DNA from: Ramazzottius varieornatus
Taxonomy: Eukaryota > Animalia > Tardigrada
Direction of reading: 5' to 3'
NCBI GenBank assembly: GCA_001949185.1
Contig: BDGG01000004.1
Span: 893,620 to 957,619 of the forward strand
Length of the DNA: 64,000 nucleotides
Shown: piece after piece, positions 1 through 20,282 of the stretch
Numbering within the stretch: the first letter of the stretch is position 1
Layout: every line of letters begins with the position of its first letter
The notes under the pieces: model-generated
What the model saw: the letters and a program-made list of their open reading frames with translations, nothing else
Databases searched by the model: none
Told to the model about the DNA's origin: nothing
Translations under genes and position numbers: made by a program

Positions 1-1607
1 ACAGCAGCTTTTCCTACGGCGAATAAAAATGGTTTCTAAGTCCCAGACGGAATATCGAGAATCCTCAAACAAAGAAAAGTACCCCAAAAAGCGAAAAAAC
101 AACAGGACTTACGTCATTTCCGGCTTGGTTGCAGATTGAGCAAGTCTTGCATTCAATGCATTTCCACGGATAGCGGCAAGTCGATTCCCGTTGGTTCCTC
201 GAGAAGTTGAGACAGGTCGGATGCGCTGAAACGAAAGACCTCGTCGAAGCTCACGCAACCTAAGCAAAAGTAGTACAGGAGGTGAAGGTACCAGAATGAC
301 CGCAGCTGGTACAAGTAATGAGTTTTTCGCCCTTGGGTCCTGGTCGTCCACTAGCGTTCTCCACCTCACAGACATCGCACAGGAGGATTCGTCCTTCACG
401 ATCTCGATTAGTTTCTCGAGCGATCGGAGGAGGTATGGGCAGGCTAGGTGGCATGGCTGCGCGCGGGAACGGAGAGTTTAGAGGGTTGCTGTTTACACTG
501 CTGCCAGAGAATGCTTTGCTTGGAGAAGCTGCCCCATTCGGATGTTCTTTGGATACGTGGTATGTCAGACCCGGTCTCGTTTTGTACGTCATGTCGCAAT
601 CTGAAAAACCAAACAACGAGAAGTATTGGTTGCATCACCATAAATTCTCTCATAAAAAAGCAACGACACGGAAGCTACTTACGTTTACAATGGAAAGGCT
701 TCTCAGTTCCCGTATGTACCGTGTAATCGATATCCTTCCTCGCTCTTCCCGCCTGCAAAATCATACCAGTTATCCGTCAGCAAGTCAAAATAATTACCAG
801 AAGTCATTCCATTCCACGTAAAAATATGAATGTGATAGTCGAGCAGAATATGGAACTGATGTAGAGGCTCTTATCAGAAAGCCAGACCATCTTGTGCTCT
901 CATCAACTGGCGCATAAACATTTTCATCTTACGTCACGCATGACCTCACTGCGGCCAGGTGGTAAACTATCACAGTACGCACAATGAACACAACCTGATG
1001 TGACAGTCACAAAGCCACTTACTTTGGATATTGGTTTCGAGGCTTCGGTAGCTTTCTTACGTGCGGATCGCGGAACATATTCATCTTCTTCATCGTCTTC
1101 GGACTCCGGCAGTTCTTTTTCCTCATGCTTCCTTGAGCTAGACAAGATGCTTTCTTGTGGAATCTCAAGCGGTGCGGGCATCGCTGAGCTGGCAATGGCG
1201 TCTTCGAACAACTCAACAGCTGGATTCTGCAGCACACGATCGATGTGTGAAGTGGATGCTTGATTACTTGATGATTCTTCTGTCTTGACGGATGGCTGTC
1301 CATCTACGCCCTGGCTTGCTGGAACATTTTCGGTGCTTACAGCTGGAGTAGCAGATCGCTCGACAGGAGCAGGAGGTGGTCGAGTCTTTATCTTCCACGG
1401 GCGAGTTGGGTAGACGTAGACCTGGCCTGGTTCTTGTCCAGGACAACGTTCTTTGGCTTGGTACGTCTGGCGTCCATCAGCGTACAGCAGGCCTGTCGAG
1501 GAGACAAAGTATGGTATGCGTGAGCGACGGGCGGACAACAGACGTGAGTTGAACTTGGATACGCTTTCAAGAAGCTCGTGATAGGACATGAATGTCTTCT
1601 CGGCCAT
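1..1607 (-). CDS. DPF2: DPF/d4 (Requiem) family BAF-complex subunit with double PHD finger; multi-exon, 3' end runs off the left edge
   Basis: Minus-strand exons encode a Requiem-N-like segment (MAEKTFMSYHELLESVSKFNSRLLSARRSRIPYF, ATG at 1607), a C2H2 finger (C..CDMTYKTRPGLTYHVSKEH), PHD1 (CDVC...LITCTSCGHS|AHPTCLNF...YPWKCIEC) and the start of PHD2 (KTCSICNQAGND) before a GTAAGT donor near 112. Confidence 0.85.
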
Positions 1608-2279
1608 TTTTCTGGACTTTGACGAATGGATTTGAAACTGGAAGAAAACAAAAAGTCTTCGAGGCGAAAATCTGAGTGTCTGGAAGCTTGCAATCAAACC
1701 CAATCAACTGCTTTCGTTGATTCCACAGGACGGCTCACCACAAATCGACCAAGACCCGGAAGTCATCTGGTTTCGGACGTCCAACGTACTGACCCATGTT
1801 CGTACACCGACTGCTGACTTAATGAGCTTTCGGGAATTTAACCCAAGCAGAACCTGTTCTGCTGTATCATGATGAAATTCATTTCCGGTACGTGTATGCC
1901 TATCGCTGTCGGTGAGATTCCGAACTACAGGTGACTTCCGGGATGCCTTTGGAGTTCTCCGTCGAAGCATCCGGCAACTCCTTCACACATTGCCAAATAC
2001 TCCCATTGTAAACATTCTTCGTTTGTGGGGACTTGAATTCTAGAAAATATTAGAAGTAAACTCGCGTCAGACAATATATTTTTGGGAACAGCGGAAGTTC
2101 CGTACAGTATTTTCGCACAACTTTCTTGTTTATTACTGGTTCGGGCATTGTGTTACTTCATCGGGGAACCACGTGGGCAGATAACTGGAGAACGTTCCTA
2201 CTCTGTAAGGCGTGTAGCCAATTTCCGGAACAAGAAAGTCGCATCAGGAGACGTCCCATCTCCTCGGGAACGTGAACGG

Positions 2280-2318
2280 TATATAAGCTCCCGAGGAGTG
2301 GATTGTGATTTCCTCAGA
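2280..2318 (+). promoter_or_regulatory. TATA box with Inr-like element upstream of the small secreted ORF
   Basis: TATATAAG at 2280-2287 and TCAGAT about 33 nt downstream, followed by AAAAATGG at 2391. Confidence 0.45.
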
Positions 2319-2390
2319 TCGTCTTTTCTCACCTTCCGTCACAATTGTTTTGTTTTCGTGCAAGCCGTTCCCTTTTCTATCCTTTAAAAA

Positions 2391-2744
2391 ATGGCGTCGA
2401 TGTTAGCTGTTGCTATCCTTCTTTTCGGCAGTACCACCTTTTGTAGCTGCAGGCCGATGTCAGCGACCTTAGACGAAGGTCTTTCGTCTTCGAGTCTCGA
2501 ATCCTCTCTCATGTCCGAACGCACTCCAGTGACATTTCTTTCTCAAGACTACGGAAGACGGATAGCAGCTGTTAAGACCTGTAGAACGAACCGACGTGCT
2601 CCATGAGATTCCTGTACACGAACGAATCATTTTTACTTGAAATGTATGGTGTCTTCAGCAGACCAGGAACTAAAGGACCTACTACAGGTCTACACCAACC
2701 TAGTCAAGAGCACGGTGGGAAAGGAGAGACCCAACGACGAATGA
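2391..2744 (+). CDS. Candidate small secreted peptide/neuropeptide precursor; second exon uncertain
   Basis: The ORF opens with a signal-peptide-like stretch (MASMLAVAILLFGSTTFCSC), then a Ser-rich spacer and R-TPVTFLSQDY-GRR (amidation plus dibasic cleavage signature). A possible second exon after TTCAG (~2659-2744) reads DQELKDLLQVYTNLVKSTVGKERPNDE*, but its donor site is weak. Confidence 0.45.
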
Positions 2745-4181
2745 ATCCCCATTAGTCGTCTGATACAGGCCGAAGAGTGATAATTATGGTCCGAAAGGGG
2801 TGACGTACAGCATAATAACAAGCACCGTCCGACTTGACGAACCTCGATGGCCAAAGGTCAAACTAATAACTCCTCTTCGAACCTGCACCACAAAATTATC
2901 TTTACTCGAGAATTTTCTTACTCAAGAATAGAGCAATATTTATCTGTGTGGTACTTGACTGCGGTATGCGATCTTTTTAGAAGAGCCGGCCTGATGGGGT
3001 TTCTTGCAGTCGTAGTCTGCTCGCGCTTGTTGGCGTTTGGTTCACCCCTTGGTTTGTGGAGTTTTGTTCCCGAATGCGCCAAAGCTTCACGCGACATGTT
3101 GATAGTTCTGGTCGGTTAGAACTATAAACTGTGAACGCCGCTACCGTTTTTCGCTTTCTGAGGTACCCGCGTCAACACGCGAGAACTAAACTGCAAGTTC
3201 CACAACGCCCTTCGTTATCAGTAAACAGAAGTGATTCAATATTATGTATGCGATATTGTTTACGAGCCATGCTGTACGGTTTGTACCTAAAGCGTTGCTG
3301 ATAGCCGAGACTCGCGGCTATCACGATGGAGTTACTGTACCATTCCATTCCGCAAATATTGCGATATGAATATAGTCTAGTCGGCGAGGTGCCATTTGAC
3401 CGTAAAACCGGTTACAGGTACGACGGCCACATGCACCCTCTACTCTTAAGTACAGTGGCCTAGAGTACATTCCAAATGTAGGTTGTAAAGATAGGCTACT
3501 CTCTCTCTCTCTCTGTTCTTTGTGGTCATACGGACGGACAAATTTCAACAGCCACTGACCAGCACGAGCTGCGAGACCGTAAAGGTATACCGTATCCCCC
3601 AAGGTAACCAAGCAGAGGCTCTTCAGCCTTCAGATTCATCAATGCCACGCTGATCTCACATTCGAACTACGCTCTGATATAATGTCCGTAGTTGTATTAC
3701 TGTATTTATGTACACAGTTTCATAGTGCATACCTCATTGAACCGTGAATTTGAAGCCAGCAGGAAAGCAAAGCGCTTCTATCAGCACATTCCTCAGATTG
3801 CCTCTTTGCCTTTTGGCCGTCCATATGTGTCCCTCTCTTTGGACGGAATAACACTCCAACCTACATCATTAAATTTTATTTTACGGACTTTATTGCGTTT
3901 AAAAAGCCGTGTGAATCTTCGAGAAGTTTTATTTGATACCTACATCGACGAATCTCACCTACGGACAATTTTCATGACCAGCGCGTCTCGATCGCAGCCT
4001 TGGAACAATGTGATCCATAACGCGTTGCCTCACCTGTTCAACAGAAAATCGATATTTTGTCAGTCATGCCAATCCTTGCAGTTTTACCTCTAGATCTGGG
4101 CAAAGGCTATCCGTCATTTTAGACAAGGTGGGTTCTCTTACTATGCATCCGTTCTGCGAGGAGGCCTGAAAAGATTCGAAA

Positions 4182-10232
<6,051 letters not shown>

Positions 10233-10806
10233 AGTGACTTCAGATTGTGCTTTTCTTGTTACCAATACCGTTTTGATCTCAAGCCCGTTTGTGCTTATCT
10301 TAATGTTAGGCGGTTGTATGTATTTTTATTATGGACTTCCCTGTTGTCTTTTTAGCTTTCTCCCTGGACCAAATTTTGCACGTTTTAACTTTTATTCATC
10401 ACTCGCCAACAAAGGCAGCTGGGTTTCGAATACATTGTTGTGCGGGAAATGCTCATTTCCCCAGTTAAAACTACCGAAGAAAAACCATGCACAACAGAGA
10501 AGCGTAAAATCAGATCTTAGAGAAACCGTTCAACGCTTGACAGATAAAAAAACTGAGAAAAATGCAAACAAATGAAACTTTGGCACGTAACGAAAGAGAG
10601 TGCGTTTTCCAACTGTAGTATCGATAAGAAATGAAACAATATCCCGGATGCAAACGAAAAGAAAAAGGATACTGGGACTTTGGTGTAAGATTCTAGAGTT
10701 TGAGAGGAAAAAATAACTGAACTGACAAAAAAGAGAGAATCCCTAAGGTTGTGTGTCAATTCTTCGTTTTCACCTGAATATCGCAGAAACCATCCTGTGC
10801 AATTAA

Positions 10807-11980
10807 TCACATCCGGGAGCCGCGTTGTTGCAAGACCTTACCGCGATCCGTGGGTTCGGTCTGGCCATCGCGACCGTCCACACGGACTGGTGTGGATCGC
10901 GACACGACACAAAGGAACTCGGCGTGGTCGTCACTGCCGTACGTGTAGGAACTCCCGACGTTGATCAGCTGCTCAAACTTCCAACCGTCGGAGAGTGTGC
11001 TAATCATCTGAGTTAGCTCGTCTTCGTGACATTGGAGAACGCGGTAAACTCGCTTCATTAATGACTATAAAAACAGGATTCGATTACAAACGGAATTTGC
11101 CTTGTTTATGTCAGAAATTTCACCGAAATATCAAGTACCTTATCGTGTTTCCGGTCGCGTTCCGCAATCCGTTCCTTCACCAGATGAATAAGCTCCTTGA
11201 TGTTATAAAATTCGGCTTCTTCAAGAAGACCTGAAGTATAGAAGATTAACGTTAGATGTATGGTCACATTGTGGAAAACTGCCAAAAGCTGAACTGCAAG
11301 AGAACGCATACCTTCTTCTGCGAGATTCTTTTCCATCACCAGTTTACCATGACGAAGAAAATTCAGAACAGGTCCGAAGTAAGTAGCATCACGATCGATG
11401 AGGTAGGCTCCTTTTTCATCCTACAGCAAACGAAAATCAGTCACTTTGAAGCGTCCACGGAAGGTTTCAAGAAAATAAGGACAGTAGGACACGAGCTCCA
11501 GGCTGTCTAGCCTATCTTCAAAACTGAGACTTCACGCGCAGGTATGCAGCACTGTCTTTCCCGCAACTGTTTGTCTGCGTAATCTTTCGATGGTATTACC
11601 TTGTCTGAGTCTAGATCGGGATCCCCTTGACACCTGCAAGACATGGTTCCATGACAGTAAAAAGACAATTTCCGAGTATACCAGTGCCCAGTCTACGTCG
11701 ACCAACGCATGACGTCACTACGGTCACATACTTACATTACAGTGCATTCATGACGTCGTGCGGGAAACTGCCCGACGTAATTACGAAATTTTGGCACTCA
11801 CAGTCGAAATAAAAAGCTGCATGGATCCCTTCCCAAGGTCTGTCTGGTCGTCCGGAACGTCGTGCCTCCTACGTTCAGAGCTACCCACTTTTCCCAATGC
11901 CCTCTGGAGCGATGGTTATCGTTTGACGCTCCGTTATCTGAAATGCCATTCTCTGATCCCGAATGATCCATGTCTAGCAT
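10807..11980 (-). CDS. KCTD5: BTB/POZ protein of the KCTD5/insomniac family (5 coding exons)
   Basis: Spliced product contains [53 protein letters not shown] and the KCTD5 C-terminal domain [28 protein letters not shown]...AEFLCVVSR...LQQRGSRM*. Confidence 0.92.
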
Positions 11981-14110
11981 GCAAGCCAGCAACGAGACCC
12001 TTGATTCGTTGATGTGGTTAACTCCGCTGTCCGTAAATATGTGAGGGCAATCAAGGTGTTCCCGATGTCCCTAGAAACAAGCTGAGTTCCCGATCACCTG
12101 CAAAACACACAAAGCGTAGCGTAGTAGAATCCGAAAAAAATTCACATTCATAATTTCGAGCAGAAAGAATGTCGTGTACAAAGATGCAGCTCACAGGCAG
12201 CGCAAGCAGAGCCGAGTCAACATTTCGTTATCGATCTGTCCGTATACTAGCCAGGAGGTAGTATCCGAGATACCCGTCAGTGACGGCCTGAAGTTGTACT
12301 CAGTAGCTAGCGTTAGGGAGGGAAAAAACTAGCGGATCAGCGTCGAAACTTGAGACGAAGAGATGAAGAAGAGCTCCATCTATCCATAGAAGCAAAGGGC
12401 GTGGCTCGTGGGATGGAGCTGTAACGTTAGTGATGTCATTTTGCATCCGTTAGTATGTATCAGGCGCGGAAGTATGACTTATCCCCCTTAGAACACCTTG
12501 ACTTCAAAAATTCATAGTTTTGCTCCCCTTCGTCCTTTCGTTTTAAACATTTTCTGCTGTCAGCCAGCCAACTCCCGACCCTCGTTCGACACTTCGTTAA
12601 TTCAAGTTTCTTAGCTCTGGGGTACGGCAGGAATTATTTTGGCTGAGTCATGCATAACTGATATTTCGGAGGTTTTGCTGTTCAAATTTTATCGCAGGCA
12701 CGAACGCATCTCGCACCGCCGACAAAATCGGATCCGTGTTTGATGAAACACCTAACAGTCTTAGCGTGGGTGATTGGGGCGATCGGTTCATTCTGGAAAT
12801 TTTTCATTCAGAAGTTACCCTTACGGAAGACTGCAATTGAAAGTGAACGACAATGTGCTGACCGATCATGTCACACCCGATTCTCCCCAAACTAGTATAT
12901 AATTCTTACAGGACTGAAATGTGCCTTCCTGAAGTCTCGCTGTAAACTTAAACGGAACGGGGAAGGCGAAAACACAAGAGAAATTGATACCCCGCTTACT
13001 TCGCGCGCTTCAAAAAGAACGCATAGTTCTGCATTTTTCCCTCTCTGGATCGCAAACAAGAACGACCCGATAGCAAACCGGATCGATACCCGTGACAACA
13101 CGGGCACTCCATAGAAGATTCCCAAGCGAGAAATGGTGTGGCTAACCATCACAGAAAATTTCGAGCCGTGAGCGGCACTAAAAAAGAACCATGATAACAT
13201 TTTGATGGCGACCTCACACCCCTGACCGCTATAAATCTCCTTCATCCCGCAACGCCATAGCGGTATTCTACTCCTCTCTGGAACAGGCATTATTTTTGGA
13301 AACCTTCCCGTTGAACAATCGAAATTATTTCACGGACTGGACTCACTACTGTGGCAAGTCTGCTCCGAAGTGCAGTCTGAACAAAACACTTCCGCAAAAC
13401 CGCAGGAATAGGAATTGGAATTTCCCATTCAGACTTCTTAGTAGGATCCTCCTGCAAACAGACTGTCACCTGCTCAAGGTCTTCTCCAGCGAGATAGAGA
13501 AATTTTCCTGAAAGTGGATTTGAAATGTGGCGTTACGGAGATTGTTGTCCCTCTTCTCCCAGGCTCTTGCAGCAATGGAACAAAATGTCTCCCAAAAAAA
13601 TCTCGGGAGTTCCGTGCTAGTATGAGTGTATAAGTCGATGAAAAATGATTGAGGTATGGCGTCAGAAAAGATTTTCAACTTCAGCAGAGGCCAAGGGGTC
13701 AAGCCATACTTCCGCACTTAATACACATGTATCAGAATGAATATCGAGCAGGACCGTTAAATTTCTTACTTCGTCCAGACAGCAATACCTATTCAAACAG
13801 GATGACAGGGGTAAAATGACCGAAGTCCTAACGGCCAACAGAGCGAGGTATGAATATAACGTTGTACGAAGCAAACAGAGGTAAAAGGGAGTAAGAAAGC
13901 AACGGTGAAGTAGATCACAGGACAGCCGTCCATCGGTTCTGATCTGAGGCAGAGACACACCTGATCGTTTTAGCTGTCAACGACACATAGTCCAAACAAA
14001 GCTCTAAACCGTCACTATGGCTTTCATCGTCTGAGAAAAACAGCACTCCATGTCCCGACGGTCCCACGAAGGACCTCAGCAATCGACGCGCGAGGGGTAA
14101 TCTACAGGTC

Positions 14111-15936
14111 TCAGTCTTGGCTGTATTGAACAAGAGAGTTCGCCGTCCTTATCTTTGGTAGAGCATTCCGTGGTAAGGCTGCTTGAAAGTCTTCGAACGC
14201 TATAGCTGCCAGTTCATTTTCATCTCTACAAGAAAACACGTACGGTATTAGTTAGGCTTGCTTTCAATCGGCTTGGAACGAGTATCACAGACAATGGAAC
14301 GAGTCCACTTACGCTGTTGCTTCGAACATCTTGACCACGTCTTCGCTTTCTTGGTCCAGGCAGTTTCGATGATAGCACCGTACCGCCGCTTTGCGACATA
14401 GTTCTTGCAGGTCAGCACCGGAACAACCTTCAGTCTGCTCCGCCAGAGCGTCGAGATCGACATTATCGTCCAGCTGAAAATATCGACAGGATTTTTTTAC
14501 CAATAAAGTCTGTAAGTCACATGGACTGCTAAACCCCATTTCCATTCGAAATGAGCAAATGCAATCAGTTCAAGGTTGACTTGTGCTAATTTTGGTGAAT
14601 GTATAGGTGAGAATAAACGCTCGATAATTTCCACTCCGCAATTCACCGTCAAGGGAAGCAGCACTTCGCTCTGGTCCGATGATTATTTGAAATTCAAAAC
14701 AAACAGGAACCAGTCGGTTTACCTCTTCTTTCGCCAAGATTTTCTGAAGAATCATTCGGCGTTGAGGAGTATTCTAAAAACGCAGAAGCGGCTCGATAAG
14801 AATCCCTATGTTAACTATCTAACACAAAGTTCCGATATTCAAAGCAGCCTTACTGGAAACGTTATGCAGAAAGTACACGGAAGTCTTCTTCGAATCGCGT
14901 CGTCCACATCCATCGGTCTCTACAGTTGAGGAAATCAAGATTACCAGGGTACCGCTGGCACAAATAAGTGACAATATAAACGTACGTTTGTGGCACCAAG
15001 AACGACGATGCGGCTTGTGTTATCCGATATCAAGCCGTCCCATAAACTGAGAAACTGCGCCTTCATCATAGCTGTCACTTCATGGTCTCCTCGATCCCGG
15101 ACCCGTAAAAACGCATCTGAAAAGGGAGGAAAGGTATTTTGGCTGCCCTTGGTTGTACGGCAGGAACCGAAAATTTGATGTTCCGGACGGAAAACACTTC
15201 TGAAAGACCTTACCGATTTCGTCGATGAAGATGATGACGGGCTGGATCTTTTCCGCCAGACTAAAGACGGCTGCTGCCAGTTTCTGCGATTCACCGTACC
15301 ACTTGTCCGTCAACGTGGAAAGCTGCAGGTTGATGAATCTCGCATCTACAGAGTCAAAGAGATTAGGAACCATTTATAGCTTATCGGAAAAGTTCGGGGT
15401 GGAAGACGGTGAATCACCTGCTTCTTTGGCGAGAGCTTTGGCCAGCATCGTCTTGCCACATCCAGGAGGTCCGTAGAGTAAAACACCTTTCGGTGGCTGT
15501 ACTAGAGAAGACACTCGCGTGTTCTTCTGACGTCGAAGTGGCAAGAGCACCGTGCGCCGAATTTCGGAGATGGTGTCATCCAGTCCTCCAATGTCACTCC
15601 ACGAGATGGGCATCGACGACGGCTCAACCAAATTCGTAGCCACAAAGACCTCATGCTCCGACAGCTTTATTGCGGAGCTCAATCCAAGACGTTCCAGTAA
15701 CTTTTTCGTCTATCCAACCAAGTATGTTTCTCAAGTACAAAAGTTGTGCAGCCGAGAGAGTTGCTTACCCGTTTCTCTGCCTCCAGCCTCTCCTTCCGGT
15801 TGGGCTCGATCACCTCCTTCAACGCTCTCCATGTGATATAGGACAATGCGACGCTCAGGGCAAAGCGCAGAACCAACCCTACTGTCTCCTGGTGGTTCGA
15901 CATCTTCAGGGACAACGGTTTGAAGAAGTCTTTCAT
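14111..15936 (-). CDS. ATAD1: ATAD1/Msp1 outer-membrane AAA+ extractase (multi-exon)
   Basis: N-terminal TM anchor, SWSDIGGL, Walker [14 protein letters not shown], pore loop [12 protein letters not shown], Walker [31 protein letters not shown]|[26 protein letters not shown]; last exon [13 protein letters not shown]...QYSQD*. Confidence 0.92.
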
Positions 15937-16554
15937 GGCGGATTCCGTGAGAAGAGAGAACTGAACTTTGACGAGATCATAAGAAGTCCTGAAGAAAGTC
16001 CTGATGTTTATTTCCGGATCGTTGCGTCATGAGTCGTGACTCATATGGAATTTCAAGAGTGGAACCTACTGGACGTGCAGAGTCCAGTCTCTCTGGTACG
16101 TGCAACTCTTCATCAGATTCGTGCCTTCCACGTCCACCCACCCTTTATAGGCCTGCACAAAGCACGCGAACAGAGTGCGGTTCCTTTGTGGTATGAAGGG
16201 TGACTCGCGGCAGACTGAGCGCTGTCAACCCTTGCGGCGTCTGATGCCACACCCCCCAGCTATCAGTGATCAGCTGATCGTTGATTGAGCTCCTTATCTA
16301 GCAATCAAATTTGAACAGCTTGCAAAAGTTGAGTTTCCGGCACACTTCCGTTTCCCTTCCAGGCTTCCGTTCACCGCCGTCGTGTCACCGTTCCTTGGAA
16401 GACTGCTGGACTTTCGAGACTCCCGGGAGCTCCTTGCGACCACGAATTTGTCTCTCAGGTGATCCGTTTCAGTGAGGTAACAGGGAAGTGCTTCGCTACG
16501 AGGTCGTACAAACGGTTGCGAAATATCGGCATCTTTGCTGAATATCCATCAGCC

Positions 16555-18554
<2,000 letters not shown>

Positions 18555-19097
18555 TTGCAAGCATCCATAAGTATTTTCCGCTTCTTACTTCTTCAACATT
18601 GCCTTCCCGTGTCATGACAATTGTAACCTATGGTATATGCCGTAGCTAAAATAGTAAAAATTTTTAGGCTTAGAGTTTCATCAGTCAGGAAGTTGCTGCT
18701 GTTTCTTTTGATGTTGCCCTTTTATTAAATGTGCTCGTGCGGATAACTTCTGTTTGCCGCCCGAAAAGACCTTATAGGTAAATAATTTCGCTCGAAGTTG
18801 AAGAGAATTGAAATATTAATGGAGTTAGTGGTGTTTACCAAGTTAGGAGGGCGTTGCGTAATGTTTAGGTGACAAGGAAGTGGAGCTAAATTCGTGGGTC
18901 CTTGGTAGGTGGCAAACATGTTCGTTTGGGTGTCACGTCGAGGAGCAACAGGAAGTGAAAAGCAAGTCAAGTTTGTCTTTTTGCTTGCATTATTGACTGT
19001 CAACTGTAGCAGATAAGCTCGAGAGATAATAATTCTAATCATTACAGCGCATCACTTTGCCCAAAGTCAACAGCTTCCGTTTACTAATAAACAAAAT

Positions 19098-19297
19098 GGG
19101 AGCTCGGCAAACAAACTCGACCAGATAGTCCTCCCAAGTGGCGCACAACTCTAGTGATATTAGCTGGAAGGGTGTGTCACTTGGAAAAACGATCTAGTTG
19201 AATTGGTTTCCACAGTGACGCACCTTTCCAGGCAATATTACTGGAGCCGAGCGTCGCTTGGTAAGACGATCTGGACGATTTTGTTTGCCGAGCTCCC
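19098..19297. mobile_element. Palindromic MITE-like element, copy 1
   Basis: Starts GGGAGCTCGGCAAACAAA and ends TTTTGTTTGCCGAGCTCCC; imperfectly self-complementary over about 200 bp with internal CCAAGTGGCGCAC-like units. Related copies at 42641 and 43815. Confidence 0.7.
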
Positions 19298-20282
19298 GAA
19301 CATGTAAAGCTTATCTAAATTTCACGAACCACCGTCAGATTAACCCAAAACTTCGTTCTGACTCGTTAGAAAGCCGAAGCTTGTAAGAGGAAAAACAATT
19401 CGCGCAAAAATTTGGGCTGCGAAAGTTTCGATTTTATGGACTTCCAGGTGGAATGCGGACATTTTCATGTTTTTTATTGACAAAATGAATGGATAGTGTA
19501 CCAATAAGTGGGCTGATTTAGCAAACGGACCTGCACACGACGTAGCGTACTTAGAATACTCAAAATCTGATCGTGACCTAGATGTTCACTTTCAGGAACA
19601 ATCCATCAACATTCCAACATTGATCAATGTGTGGCTTTGCACGCAAAGTGCGCCAAGCCACATTAGTATCAGAGCATAGTACCTTGGCTTACTCACCGGC
19701 AGCCGTAATTGCTTGGAATCAAGTTGTAATGAAAGTATAACGCGACCAAGGCTGTGGCGCATCTTGTAGTACTTACCCTTCGCACCACTTGAGAAGATCC
19801 GTCCACAGTGACGTCACCGCGGTCGCTCTGGTACGTGCCGTCCGTGTAAGCGAACCTTCGCCGTAGGGCTGATGTTGTTGGGTCTAGCTACTGCTGTATG
19901 TAGTACGTGCCGAAGAGGACATCGAGGTGTGGTCTTTTGCCTATGAAGCTGGCTGGAGAAGTATAAAGGGAAACGCAGTGGCTCAGTTGTTGACTCATTT
20001 CCTCGTAATAAGCAGTGGTCGCAGACAGAGGCTGGCTGCTCGGCTTCTGGTTGCACCTCTAGCTCAAAGCTGATGTTAGAAGTTCTGCTGGCGAGTTAGA
20101 TCTACGGGTGAAAGGCCTGCGTGTTTTTTGAACGAAGCCTTGTGTAGCAGACAAAATGGGGTCTCAGTAGTCCACGATCGCGACTATCGGCGGGCTCCTG
20201 TAACAAAGCTTACCAAGTTCAAGTTCCTGGGGATATTCTCCGTTGAGTACGACAAGCCAGCTGAACTTGCCTTCTGCAAAAA

